Assembly (NCBI RefSeq): GCF_000143415.4
Contig: NW_003314326.1
Span: 817,609 to 881,608, forward strand
DNA from: Selaginella moellendorffii
Taxonomy: Eukaryota; Plantae; Lycopodiophyta
Reading direction: 5' to 3'
DNA length: 64,000 nucleotides
Part shown: one piece after another, positions 33,700 to 45,228 of the stretch
Numbering within the stretch: position 1 is the stretch's first letter
Layout of the letters: every line of letters begins with the position of its first letter
Position numbers and translations under genes: made by a program
Notes under the pieces: generated by a model
What the model saw: the letters and a program-made list of their open reading frames with translations, nothing else
The model's database searches: none
What the model was told of the DNA's origin: nothing

Positions 33700-36600
33700 G
33701 TGCTGCAACAAGTGACCACTAGTGGGATACTGTTGCGAATGCGATTTCGGGTATTGAAAGTTACTTGTCGGTTAGTCCTTACGGACACTCTTACCTTACT
33801 GCCACGATGGTAGGAGGTTGATATTGCTGGTTCCCTTTATTAGCCCCTCTTGTTCAAGTGTTAGTAAATTGGGCTTAGCACCTGTACTTAGCTAGATGGA
33901 CATAAAGTAGGAACTCCTATGTGTTTCTAGCTGAGCATACTCGGCCTGGCTCTTAGTTCTCTTTTGCTCTGTTTTGCACTGGCTTGGCAAGAATCCTCAC
34001 GTATTGAGATTAGTCCTTCAATATTGCTGGATGATAGCTTACTGTGTCTACCAAACACCCTTGCTATCATGCCCTTTGTGTTAGTCTCATTTCAATCCGA
34101 AATGCTATTTATGGAAAGTGTCCAGATTTGCTCATTTGGCATATCTATGAAATGTAGAGATTGACCTGAACACAATGGTGTTCGTCTCGTGTCCAAATTT
34201 GCAATCTAGGGACATTCCATATTTAGTAAGTTTCAAGCTTGTCCCAAAGTAACTTCTAGTACTAAGGGAGGCTTGGGGTGAAAACCTAAAGCGTGTGTTC
34301 CTCAAGGGGGGGGGGGATGTAGGGTGTTCCAAATGTATAGTAGGGATAGTGGGTAGGTCGGGCATGGCTGACTAACTTGAGGCATAGTCTAGCTCCTGCT
34401 TGTGTGCCTGTCTTTGTTCTGTGTCCGGCTTGGGTTTAATCCCAAGTTCCACACCATGCTAGCTGGTGGAGTACCCATGTCCTTGCATTAGGCCACCGGT
34501 ATGCCGAAATAACGCTATTTGGCTCTGTTTTGCATGCTAGTCCTGGCATTGGGATGCTGGTTGCTCTAGGACTGTTCCAAGTTGCTCTGGGCTCTTGTTC
34601 CTTCGCTCTTTGGGTTGTATGCTCAGGAGTTGCTCTATGGTCCGGTTTCGTCACTCCTTGGCTCCATGTTTGGGAGTTTGGCATTGTTCCTTCATTTAGT
34701 GGCCCAAGGCTCTGAACCTCAGGTTCCACACCACTGTCCTATGGACACATGGCATATGACACATGGCACAATGAGGGTTTAGGTTCCGCTTCGTGGTGTT
34801 ATCTTATAGTAAATCATCATGGGATAAAAGGTAAAAACCATGTGTGCTACCTTTGGTATTAGAGGATGAGTCTTGGTGAGTACTATCCAATGAGATTGGG
34901 CAATTAGTCTCGTTGCATACACAGAGATGAAAACGATGATCTGAGTGGGTACACATTTGGGTGCAAAGGCTTTACAATCGTTCTTTGGGTATGGATTTGG
35001 TTACCTTGTTGTACCTTATGATATGAGCTTGCTTTTGGGCTCATAGGATGGGGATTTGAGATGTTTCGTTTGCACAAGTTTGAGCTTGGGCTCATGAATG
35101 AGGCATGTTAGCAACTCGAGGTTACGCTAAACCAAAAGGGTGCTACATTGTAGGCAAAAACTCCCTAGGGTGCAATTGGAAAGATGAATCAAGAGCTGAT
35201 TATAACCTAAGAATTCATCCATAAGAGAATAAAATTGGTGCCTGGCCATTTTGTCCGCAATCTCATTAAGGAACGATGTAGGAAAATAGTCATGGGTTGT
35301 GACTTAGTTGAGTGCTCTAAAGTCTAGGCAAAGGCAGAGCTTGCCATTTGCTTTGCATGCTAAGACGACATTGGAGATCCATTGAGAGTGTTCTACTGAG
35401 TAAATAAAACTTGCAGTAAGCATCTTTTTGATTCAATCTTGATGTCTGGCAAAAGAGAGTTGTTGAATTGTTACATTTTTTGCTTCACTGGTCTTGTCAG
35501 GTTTAGCAGTGTGATTTGGTGCATGATAGTGTCCATAGGTACACCTTACAGCTAGGAGTAGTCCCAAGTGAAAATATCCATGAAGTGTTGGAGAAGGGAA
35601 AGAAATTGATTTGAGGCCGAATCATCCAAGGAAATGCCAACAAACATAGGGTTTAGGTCCCCATTGAGACATACTTCATGGCAATGATCATCAGGTTTAT
35701 TAGAGGTGGCAAAAACCGCAGCAAAGTTGGGTTTCTATAACAATGTGTTGCCATGAAGGTGAACCTGCTTGAGTCTGCATAGTGGAGATGGCTTGGTGAA
35801 AGAGACAATCAACCCAAAATTTCTCCTCTCGAAGGACATTTGAGAAGTGGATATAGAAATGGTCTCAATGATCCATCATGCACTCCCATAAGTCACAGAG
35901 GTTATCCTTATTTACCTAGCAGATGCCATTAAGTTGTTAGGATGGGGGTGGGGAGTTGAGGTACTTATATCGTTAGGCCTATATGGGAATATTTCAAGCA
36001 TGTGAGAGGAGATTTGGGGTATATACCTTTTTTCCCTAGGGCAAAACAAGGGCAAGGATGTATTGAGTTCTGAGTTATAAAGGAGCTTTTTGCTATGTTT
36101 GAGCACATTTGAGAGTGAGATGGTGTTTAGAACACGCACCAAAATGGTGAGTACAATGGGATGTGTCAATTCCTAGCCAGCCCATCCCATTTCCATGTGT
36201 TTTCTATGTTGTTCTTGAGAGTTGTGAGGAATTCAAGCATGATTCTTGCTCTTGGTTGTAAACTCTATGTCTAGGGGTGCCCTAGGAGTCAAATGGGTTC
36301 TCCTAAGTACGGGATTCTTTAGTCATAAGTCCCAAAACCCAAAGAAATATAAGAAAAACAAAGGAATTCACAAGAATGGTAGTGAATCCATATGTTGGGT
36401 GATGATATAACCACTAAGGAATCCAAGGCTAGAATGAATACAGATGAACAAATGGGGTAATTTTCTTACACTCTAATTTTTATTTTTTGTCAAATTGAAT
36501 AGATGGGCTTGTAGATCTCATCTTTTTCTATCCTATAGCTTCATAAATCTGTAGACTTGGCACAGGAATCATGATATATAAGAGGATTTTGAGTCACATA

Positions 36601-38600
36601 TCGACAAAACTATGTTTGGAGGTGTTATACATTCTCTAGAAGCCACCATTTCCATGGATCTTTCTTGCACTTGGTAGATCTACTCCTATGCTTTCTAGCC
36701 ATGAATTTTTTCTACTTTGACTTGGGGCAAGAACTCTTTTCAACCACACTCAGCTTTGGGCCATGGCCATCCACACTTGTAGTAGTCAATTAGAGCACTT
36801 TGTTCTTTCGACTGCTTCACAGCAACGAAGGTGGTGGACACAAGCATTCCACTTTAGTGCCTCTTCAGCAAGAATTCTAGATATTAGAGGTTCTCCTAGC
36901 ACTCTTTGACACAACATAATAAGGGGAGTGTGGCTTCCTTAGCTTCAAGCTTTCCATTCGGCGACCACACCACTTTGAACAACCCCTAGACTTCTATGGG
37001 CAATCCAGGATGACCCCACCTTATCAATTACACCTTCATCTATCATTCACGACTACTCTGGTGCAATATCATTGTGGCTTTTGGGACAACAATGTGCATT
37101 CCAAACTTCAACATCCATAATAACTCAGCTCAGCCAACTCCAACATAGGACATGTTGGAGTTTCCAGCCTTCTTAGGCCTCCAAAAACATCATCATATGC
37201 CTTTTCATCATTTGAGGCTTTGCTACATTGCCACTCACACTTGTGGTGGTCATTCTCTTTGTTCTTTTATTTTCTCTAACTTTTTCTTTTCTGTGTTCTT
37301 TCACTTTGTTTTCTTTGTTTCATCTCTAGGTCCTAAGTTCATCACAAAGCAAACTTGTGCTTGGGTCATAGTTTCTCCAAGTGGCATTAATCTTGATCGT
37401 TTGGAAGCCCAAGTTTCTTCAGGTTTTGCCATGGTTATTCCACTCTATCTTTACATTAGACTTTCCCTCTCCACTTTTCACAATCACTTTTTGCATTTTT
37501 TTTTCTTTCCTACACCATTGCCCATTCTTTCCACTTGGTACCATAGTTTAGTTTGGCATTCTTTAGTGGTTTACAGGCACAAAATATTCACATAGATGGC
37601 CTCTATCATCCAGTAGAGTTTGAGTAGAAGAGACACAATCATCCCCAACTTATAGTAACAACCTTTTTGAACATTGTAGTTTTGACACATGTAATAGTGG
37701 AAGCAAAGGCATTTAATGGCTAGTTGGGCCTTATGTACAGGCATCCACGTCCATTTCACAATGTAGCTTGTTTCCCCGTCCATTCCTCTTGACTTCTAGT
37801 AGCTCCTTCTGGCAGAGATCTTTGGTTTGCCGCATTTTTTAGTGCATCGTCATTGAATATCCTAGTTTTGGCATGATTTCGTTGGTGGTTTTGGAGAGCT
37901 CTTCATCATAGATTGCAGCCGACATTCTTTTTTACCAAACACTGGTACTTCCATGCCTTGAGGCATTCATCTTTCCACCCATTTTCCTCCATTATCACAC
38001 TTTTCTACACTTTCCACCATTGGGTAATAGACTTTCATTCCATAGCAAAGCCTTAGGAAGACTTAAGGTACTTCTTGAAGGTTTGAGAACTTTAAAGGTT
38101 GTGATTTAGGTTTAAGCTTTTAACTTGAGTTTTGATTTTTCTATCTTTCTGTTTTTTTTTCCTTTGTGTCTTTTCACTAATCCTTAGCTTTTTCTTTCAC
38201 TTTCTTCTTCTTTTTTTTGCTAAATCAAGGGTCTAGTTTGACTATAGAGTTTTCCACTAGGTTTTTTCCTTTATCTTCAAACTCCACACCTTTATCCTTT
38301 TTATTTTTCTTTGTTGTTTCACTCTTTTTCTACAATTACCTCTCTTAGGCATTTGCCTTATCTCTTTACCCATTGATTTCTACATCTGCAGGTCATGGGT
38401 TCTCTTTGAGCTAGGGCATAAAGATTCTTAGAATATTCCCTAGGAATATTCTAAGTGTGAGAGATGATATTCCACATGGGAGGGTATTACCTTTCTTCCC
38501 TACGAGTTTAGGGCAGAACAAGGGCAATGATGTATTGAATTTCTTAGCTATGGAATTTATAGTGTTTGAGTGCATTTGAGAGTGAGATGGTGTGTAGATG
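33700..38600. mobile_element. Nest of decayed Ty3/Gypsy LTR-retrotransposon sequence
   Basis: PPT, LTR and PBS signals at 34304-34864; a second LTR-like direct pair at ~36000-36125 and ~38460-38595; weak integrase/chromodomain-like remnants; no long ORF. Confidence 0.5.
34318..34851 (+). mobile_element. LTR bounded by PPT upstream and PBS downstream
   Basis: AAGGGGGGGGGGGA|TGTAG...GCTACC|TT TGGTATTAGAG (initiator-Met PBS with one mismatch). Confidence 0.65.
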
Positions 38601-39674
38601 ATGAAGAGGTATTTTGTGTATCATCCCAGGCAGAATAAAAGAAGAAAGCTTAGGCAAAATGGAGTTACACCTAATTTTAGGCATCCAAAGAAAAAAGATC
38701 TGACCTAGGCAACACTTGTCATAGACAAGTGTGAAGCAATTAAAAACAATTATAAAATCATGTAGTATTTAAGTAACAGTTAAACATGTTGGAAAATAAC
38801 CTCCACCCACTGTTGTATACATTTGTATTGAATTAACCATTGTTTCTTCTATTTATGATGTGCAAAGTAGATTTAAGAAAGTAACATATGCTTATCCTTA
38901 CTCACGCCTTTGGGATTCGAGATTGAGTTTTATTCTATTCTTTTTTTATTCTTCTTTTATTCTTTATGTTCTTGTCTTTGTTTGTTTATCACTATTTTAT
39001 AGGCAGGGGCAAGAATGCGCGTATAGGTAGAGAAAGTTTTACTCATTTTTAGCGACTATAGTAGGATCTTGTGATGTAGTGATGAAGGGTATACCATCTT
39101 AAACTTTTTAAAGCCCTATATGTATAGGCGTTATAAGCATTATAAAGACTTAGGTTCAAACAAAATATGCCTATGCCTATACATACAGGGCCTCAATAAA
39201 ATTTATTGTGAACATGCAATAAAAGAGCTTATGTAAATTTCAATGACTTGAAAAAAACTATGATTGCCTTAAAGTTAGATGAAAAGACAACTTTGATAAA
39301 CATGTCTAAGAAGCCTTAAATTGTAAACCAATTTCAAACAAGGGATTTAGTGTACTAAATGCAAAAATAAAGGCCATAGTAAAGAAGAATGCAAATTTCA
39401 TCTAATCAAGTGCTAAATTTGAAGTATAAAACCTTGTTTAAACAACCAAGAGGCCCGAGTTGATAAAACAATACATAAACAAAATTATCCACTTGACGAT
39501 AGAAATTATCATAAGAGGAACAATTACAATGATAATTGAAGTGCCAAACTTGAATACGCATGCACTAAAAAGCAATATAACAACTCCAATGCATATACAA
39601 ATCTCTCCGAACATTGAGAAAATGATGAGCACTAGATGAATGAAACTTCTAACAATTTTAACCTTTGAATTCAG

Positions 39675-39828
39675 GCTTCTAAGGTTGGTAGGCACTATAG
39701 GCAAAGCTGCTGAGGCAGAACAGCTTCTTTTCACACTAACTTATGAAGAAGGCCAGAATATATCAGATTTGGAGGTCCTGAAATTGGCTGGAGAAAAGCT
39801 CAGCTTACCAAACATTAACGAGTATCTG
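39675..39828 (+). pseudogene. Isolated exon of a DsbA/FrnE-like (DSBA thioredoxin) gene
   Basis: AG/GT-bounded exon RLLRLVGTIGKAAEAEQLLFTLTYEEGQNISDLEVLKLAGEKLSL; no other exons found. Confidence 0.6.
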
Positions 39829-39939
39829 GTAGTTCTTATATTTATTTTGTAAGGCCTGTGTTTTCTAACCTTTGTGTGTTATCCAACAGCGAAGTTCTCA
39901 AAGAAGATAAGTTCGCAAAGGGAAAGATGGGCTTGCTTT

Positions 39940-40632
39940 CCGCGATTGAGGTACATGAGAGTGGTTCCCCGAATCGATGATCGTCCCGCCGCTTCCATTG
40001 GCAGCGATTGCAAATCTCTCGGCCAGGATGAGGAAAATTTCCTGGTCGATCTTGATCCCCTGGATTCCAAGGTAGTCTCCACGGAGTTGTTCGTCCTCAC
40101 GAATGGCTCATCTGATCGAAGTGCCGGGAGAGGGCAAATCCAGCGCCAAAGCTGATGGCACTGCTCACGCTCAGGTTGTTGGTCCGATCGACGAGGCAGT
40201 AGGAGAAGCTCTGGCCGATTGGCGAAGATCAAAGCTGGGATGGGAAGGAGAGAGCTCCTTGGCCGAGCCCAAGAAGCCCGCCAGCACCCTGGAACAGCCC
40301 CTTGTGGGAGTGACCACAGCCGATCACCATGTCCCGGATCTCCAGCGACGAGAGAGGCTCACTGACAGTGATTTCATACCAGTAGAAGTACTTGCAAGTT
40401 TATGGAGAAGTCTTGGAGGAGTTATGGCGGCATTCTTCGTGGACGACTAGATCGCAGGCCACGGCATTGCAAGGGATGCTTTTGAAGGAAGTGGACTGGG
40501 ATGGATCAAACACCGGGCCGGATTGCTTGAAGCAAGCCTAGGTGAGATCACTGCCAGTGTCGATGATGAGAAGGAAGTGCCGCGGAGGATTTCCAAAGTC
40601 CCACGAACACGTCCATGAAGTACTCACGAGCT
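39940..40632 (-). pseudogene. Third, deletion-riddled copy of the aspartic protease
   Basis: Matches 26210-26975 with many short deletions. Confidence 0.9.
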
Positions 40633-42385
40633 CCTGTGAGTGAGTAGTAGCAAAACTCTTGGAGATCGACTGCTACCAAGATGGAGAGGTCAGTTTATAG
40701 TGTGATCAATTGTTGGTCACATGTCCAGGAAGAGTCTGAGGCTGGTGCTGCTAAGGCCAACAATGCAGAGCTCAACCAGAAGATGCGAGGGAAGTAAGGC
40801 AGCAGGACTCCGATTTCAGCGATGGAGGCTGACAAAGTCTGGAGTGCCTCTAAAGACTATAGAGCTGCTTCCTCCTGCAGGTGACAATATTCACTTTACA
40901 ATTTCCCTACAAGCGATCAACCACCTCAAGCCTATTGCAGGCTCAAGCATGGCTAGCCTTGGGACTAAGCTGGAACACCAAACAGAAATCAGTCAAGCTA
41001 AACACTGAAACTTACGTCCTCACTCCTCCCTATAATCAATCCTAGAACTGAAAGTGCATTCCGGAGAATTGCTTGAGAATAAGAATAGAGCTCCTTTCAA
41101 AGTAACATATGGAACCGAGGTGTGTTTACAGCAACAATATCTGGAAATGTCCTGGGACCAAACATCTAAAATACGTTCAGATTAGTGGATTTGCAAAGTA
41201 CTGTGTTGTGAGTTGTAAGCAAACTGATTAGACCTGCACCTAAATTTAATCTTCAGGTAAACTAACCTAAGGCTTGACACTCTAGGGTTACATATAGCCT
41301 GACTAATTTCTGTTTCGTGTTCCAGCGAAAGAGTGTGGGACTACAAGGCCTAGCGGGCGTATAATCATGGACAGGACATCGGGCAAGGAAAAATCCAGCC
41401 CTTGAGCACTAAATGTCAGAGAGGATACGCTTGAGGGTGTTCAGTAGCGAGAGATTTGTTTTAAACTCCAAGCCTAGCGTTGTTAACCACCCAGCATTCT
41501 GCTCTAGTTATGCAATAATACTAGTCATAAAATATTTTCTGTTCTGCCAGACCAGGTGGGAATCAATGGTCCACGAGGAAGGAGTTAAAAATCAATGGCC
41601 CTGAGTGACGATTGAATGAGCGCTTTTATTTCATTTCCATGCATTCCCCGCCCTCTCTAGCTCTCTTTGTAACTAGGGTTTTCATCGCGATGTGCCAGAG
41701 AGTGAAAGCGCCCCGCGGCCCTTCAATGGCACTGCGATTGCTCCACCACTGCAAAGCTGTGGCGCCTTGTTGGCGCTGGCGGAGGACGCGGCCAAAGAGC
41801 TTCAATGTGGTGCAGAGGCATTGTGGTCGGATCCAGGTGCGCCCTAGCCTCGTGGATTTTGGAGTCGCAATTCATCTCGTGTTTGTGGCATTGACAGGCA
41901 AGGACTGGTGCTCTTGGGATTAAATTGAGGAGCTCTTGCTTTTTTGCCTTTGCAGATTTCTGGTTGGAAGTTGGGACCGAGAAAAGGCTGGCCGGTTGGT
42001 GAGAAAGGAAAATCTTTTGGAAGGCTGCATTGGCATCTCTTCTCCTGGTAGGTCTTACGTTGGTTGTGTGCTTTGATTCTAGGAAACATAGCTAGGAGGT
42101 GTTGTGGTGTTTCTTACTCTCCGATTGACCTGAGTTTTTTTTCTCTCTCGTGTTCTCGCAACACGAAACGATGCAGGACGGTGAGAGTCGACGAGTACCG
42201 CTAGAGGAATATGCTCTCTCTATATTCCTCCAATGGAGGAATATGCTCTCTATATAACATAAAAATTACTGCCACGCGTTTCCACACGCCTTTGCCAGGT
42301 CATCACTGAATTTGGACTTCGACTATCCTGTTCTTCAGGATTCAGTAAATCACTTGTGGTAAGGTTTTCCGATCCAACAAGAGAA

Positions 42386-43008
42386 ATGGCTCGGGGATGG
42401 GGACGCGATCGAGGTGAGTCTGCTGAAGACCACGACGATTATGATCCGGAGCCTTTTGTGGGAGGCTACGACATTGGGTCATGGTATGGACCGATCAAGG
42501 AAGCAAGCCCGGATTGGAGCTATCCACCCTATCCGCAGAGCGGCGAGGAGGAAGAAGAAACGTATGTGGATACTGAGCGTGTGGCGGATTACGGCAGCGC
42601 AAAGCCGTCGCATTACGGCCATGGTCAAGGTACGAGCAGCAGCTATGGCACTGGCAAACAGGAGTACAGTTCGGGACATGGACAGCAAGCTGGCTATGGC
42701 GATGGATCTGAAGAATCTGCGGAGTATGGATCTTCCAAGCCCTCTTATGGGTATGGATCTGGTGGAATTGAGCAGACTGGGTATGGCTGAGGTGATTACG
42801 GTGCTGGATCTGGATATGGAGGCCAGAAGCAGCAGCAGCAGCAGGAAGAATATGGATCTGAGAATGTAGGCTATGGGGGGCGTAAGAAGTATGGAGAAGA
42901 AGAAGGCTATGGTGGTCGAAAAAATATGGAGAGGAAGATGAAAGTGAAGGCTATGGTGGTCGTAAGAAATATGGGGAGGAAGATGTAACGGAAGGCTATG
43001 GTGGTCAA
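42386..43008 (+). pseudogene. At5g39570/PLDrp1-like Gly/Tyr/Glu-rich protein, frameshifted and truncated by Copia
   Basis: DDYDPEPFVGGYDIGSWYG..., then EGYGGRKKYGEE repeats. Stop/frameshift at ~42788; runs into Copia integrase at ~43009. Confidence 0.75.
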
Positions 43009-43412
43009 AAGAAGTATTTTGTTACCTTCTTGGATGACTACTCCCACTATTTGATTGTTTACCTACTAGCTTAGAAATAAGAAGTGTTTGACTACTTCAA
43101 GACTTACAAGACTTATGTTAAGAACTTGCACAATTGCATAATCAAGGTGCTGCGTTATGATTATGGAGGCAAGTTCCTATCTATGAAGTTCAATCTCTTT
43201 TGTGCTGAAGCTAGCGTTACAAGACAATATGCTATTGCTGGTGCACATCAACAAAACGGCTAAGCTAAGAGGATCAACAAAACAATGGATCAGTCAGCCT
43301 TTTTTATGCTGCAATAAGCAGGTCTACCAACTCATTTCTGGGGTGAAGCTGTGAACATAGCAGTTTACTTGTGTAATTGACTTCTTAGATGTGCACTACT
43401 AGCTAGCATGAC
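43009..43412 (+). mobile_element. Copia integrase core (left part, interrupted by LTR element)
   Basis: KYFVTFLDDYSH...VLRYDYGGKF...QQNG*AKRINKT...FWGEAVNIAVYLCN. Confidence 0.92.
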
Positions 43413-44686
43413 TGTAAGCGACTAATTTTTCCATTTTACTTTAGTCACTTAACCGCACCTCCGACCACTTGGAGGAGTCTCATTCACAACCTCCATAAGT
43501 CCTAGTTAGGACTTGGGGCATGCTAGCCCCGAGAATGGCATCCTTGCCACTCAACCTTTGCACTTGGTCCAAGTGCTCCACGTGTCTGATCCCATGACCG
43601 ACACCCCAAGGTACCTCCGACATATCGGCCCGTTACGCTAAGGCTATGTCCATTCACCTTGGTCACATTGGTGGTCCAACGCCATCTGCATTCCAAACCC
43701 GTCTCTCAAAGACTGGGTCATCCGTCCACGAGTGATCATCCCAGATCCACTCCTTAACATCCCTAGAAGGCCTATAGATATGGGGAATAGCCTTCCCCAA
43801 TATCTCCGTTCCGGTCCCTACCAAGTCCCCTTCTGTCCTTGGCCGTGTTCGCCAACACTGCCACTGGATCAAGGCCCACCGGCCCGACCACTAAGTCTCT
43901 CTATCCTCTAGGACTGCTTCATCGTGTGACTGGGTCCTTCGTCACCACACCAGAGGGCTACTCCTCTTCTTTTCCACTGTCTGGGACTTTGGGACACCAT
44001 TTCGGAACACCATGGCCCTACGCAGGCCTCATGGGTACTCTCCCTGCCTTCCGCCTTTGGGTGCTCTAGCCATGGGCTTAGAGCGAGGTTCCGTTGAGCC
44101 ACACCAGGTATCCAAGTAGGTAGTGCCACCCACACTTGGACTGGGAGCATCGGCCAGTCGATCTCCCGGGGGAACTAGAGCCGGCTCTTGAACACTTCAC
44201 CAAGCTACCCCGCTTGTCGGTCCATATTCACTCTAGTCTTGGACTTCCCAGTGGTCAGTTCATCACCCAACACTGGGTATGGCCTTCCTGGACCAAACTG
44301 GCCCTTCTTGGGCCAAACTGGCCCTTCTTGGCCAAACTGACTCCACTGGGCNNNNNNNNNNNNNNNNNNNNNNNNNNNNNNNNNNNNNNNNNNNNNNNNN
44401 NNNNNNNNNNNNNNNNNNNNNNNNNNNNNNNNNNNNNNNNNNNNNNNNNNNNNNNNNNNNNNNNNNNNNNNNNNNNNNNNNNNNNNNNNNNNNNNNNNNN
44501 NNNNNNNNNNNNNNNNNNNNNNNNNNNNNNNNNNNNNNNNNNNNNGCACAATATGATTTCAGGGAGAACCAGCCCCATGCGCTTCCCGATATGATACTTT
44601 TGGAACCCCCAGCAGCCCCCCCCCCCCCCCCCCCTGCCCTGGGGGACGATCGCTTTGGGCTTTCACCCAACTGCCTGTATTAGTAT

Positions 44687-45228
44687 TCGGACTCGGACTC
44701 GGGCTTGAACTCGGACTCGGACTCGGTCTCGGTCCCGGTTTCGGACTCGGACTCAGTCTCGGTCTCGGTCTCGGTCTCGGCCTCGGCCTCGGTCTCGATT
44801 TCGGGTCCATCTCGGACTCCATCTCGGGTCCATCTCGGACTCCATCTCGGGTCCATCTCGAACTCCATCTCGGGTCCACCTCGGACTCCATCTCGGGTCC
44901 ATCTCGGGTCCATCTCGGGTCCATCTCAGACTCCATGTCGGACTCCATCTCGGGTCCATCTCGGACTCCACCTCGGACTCCATCTCGGACTCCATCTCGG
45001 GTCCATCTCGGGCTCCACTTCGGACTCCATCTCGGACTCCGTCTCGGGTCCGTCTCGGACTCCACCTCGGACTCCATCTCGGACTCCATCTCGGGTCCAT
45101 CTCGGGTCCATCTCGGACTCCACTTCGGACTCCATCTCAGACGGGTCCGTCTCGGACTCCACTTCGGACTCCAACTCGGGTCCGTCTCGGACTCCACTTT
45201 GGACTCCAACTCGCGTCCATCTCGGACA
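44687..45228. repeat. LTR minisatellite array (3' LTR)
   Basis: Tandem CCATCTCGGACT/CCATCTCGGGT units. Confidence 0.95.
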
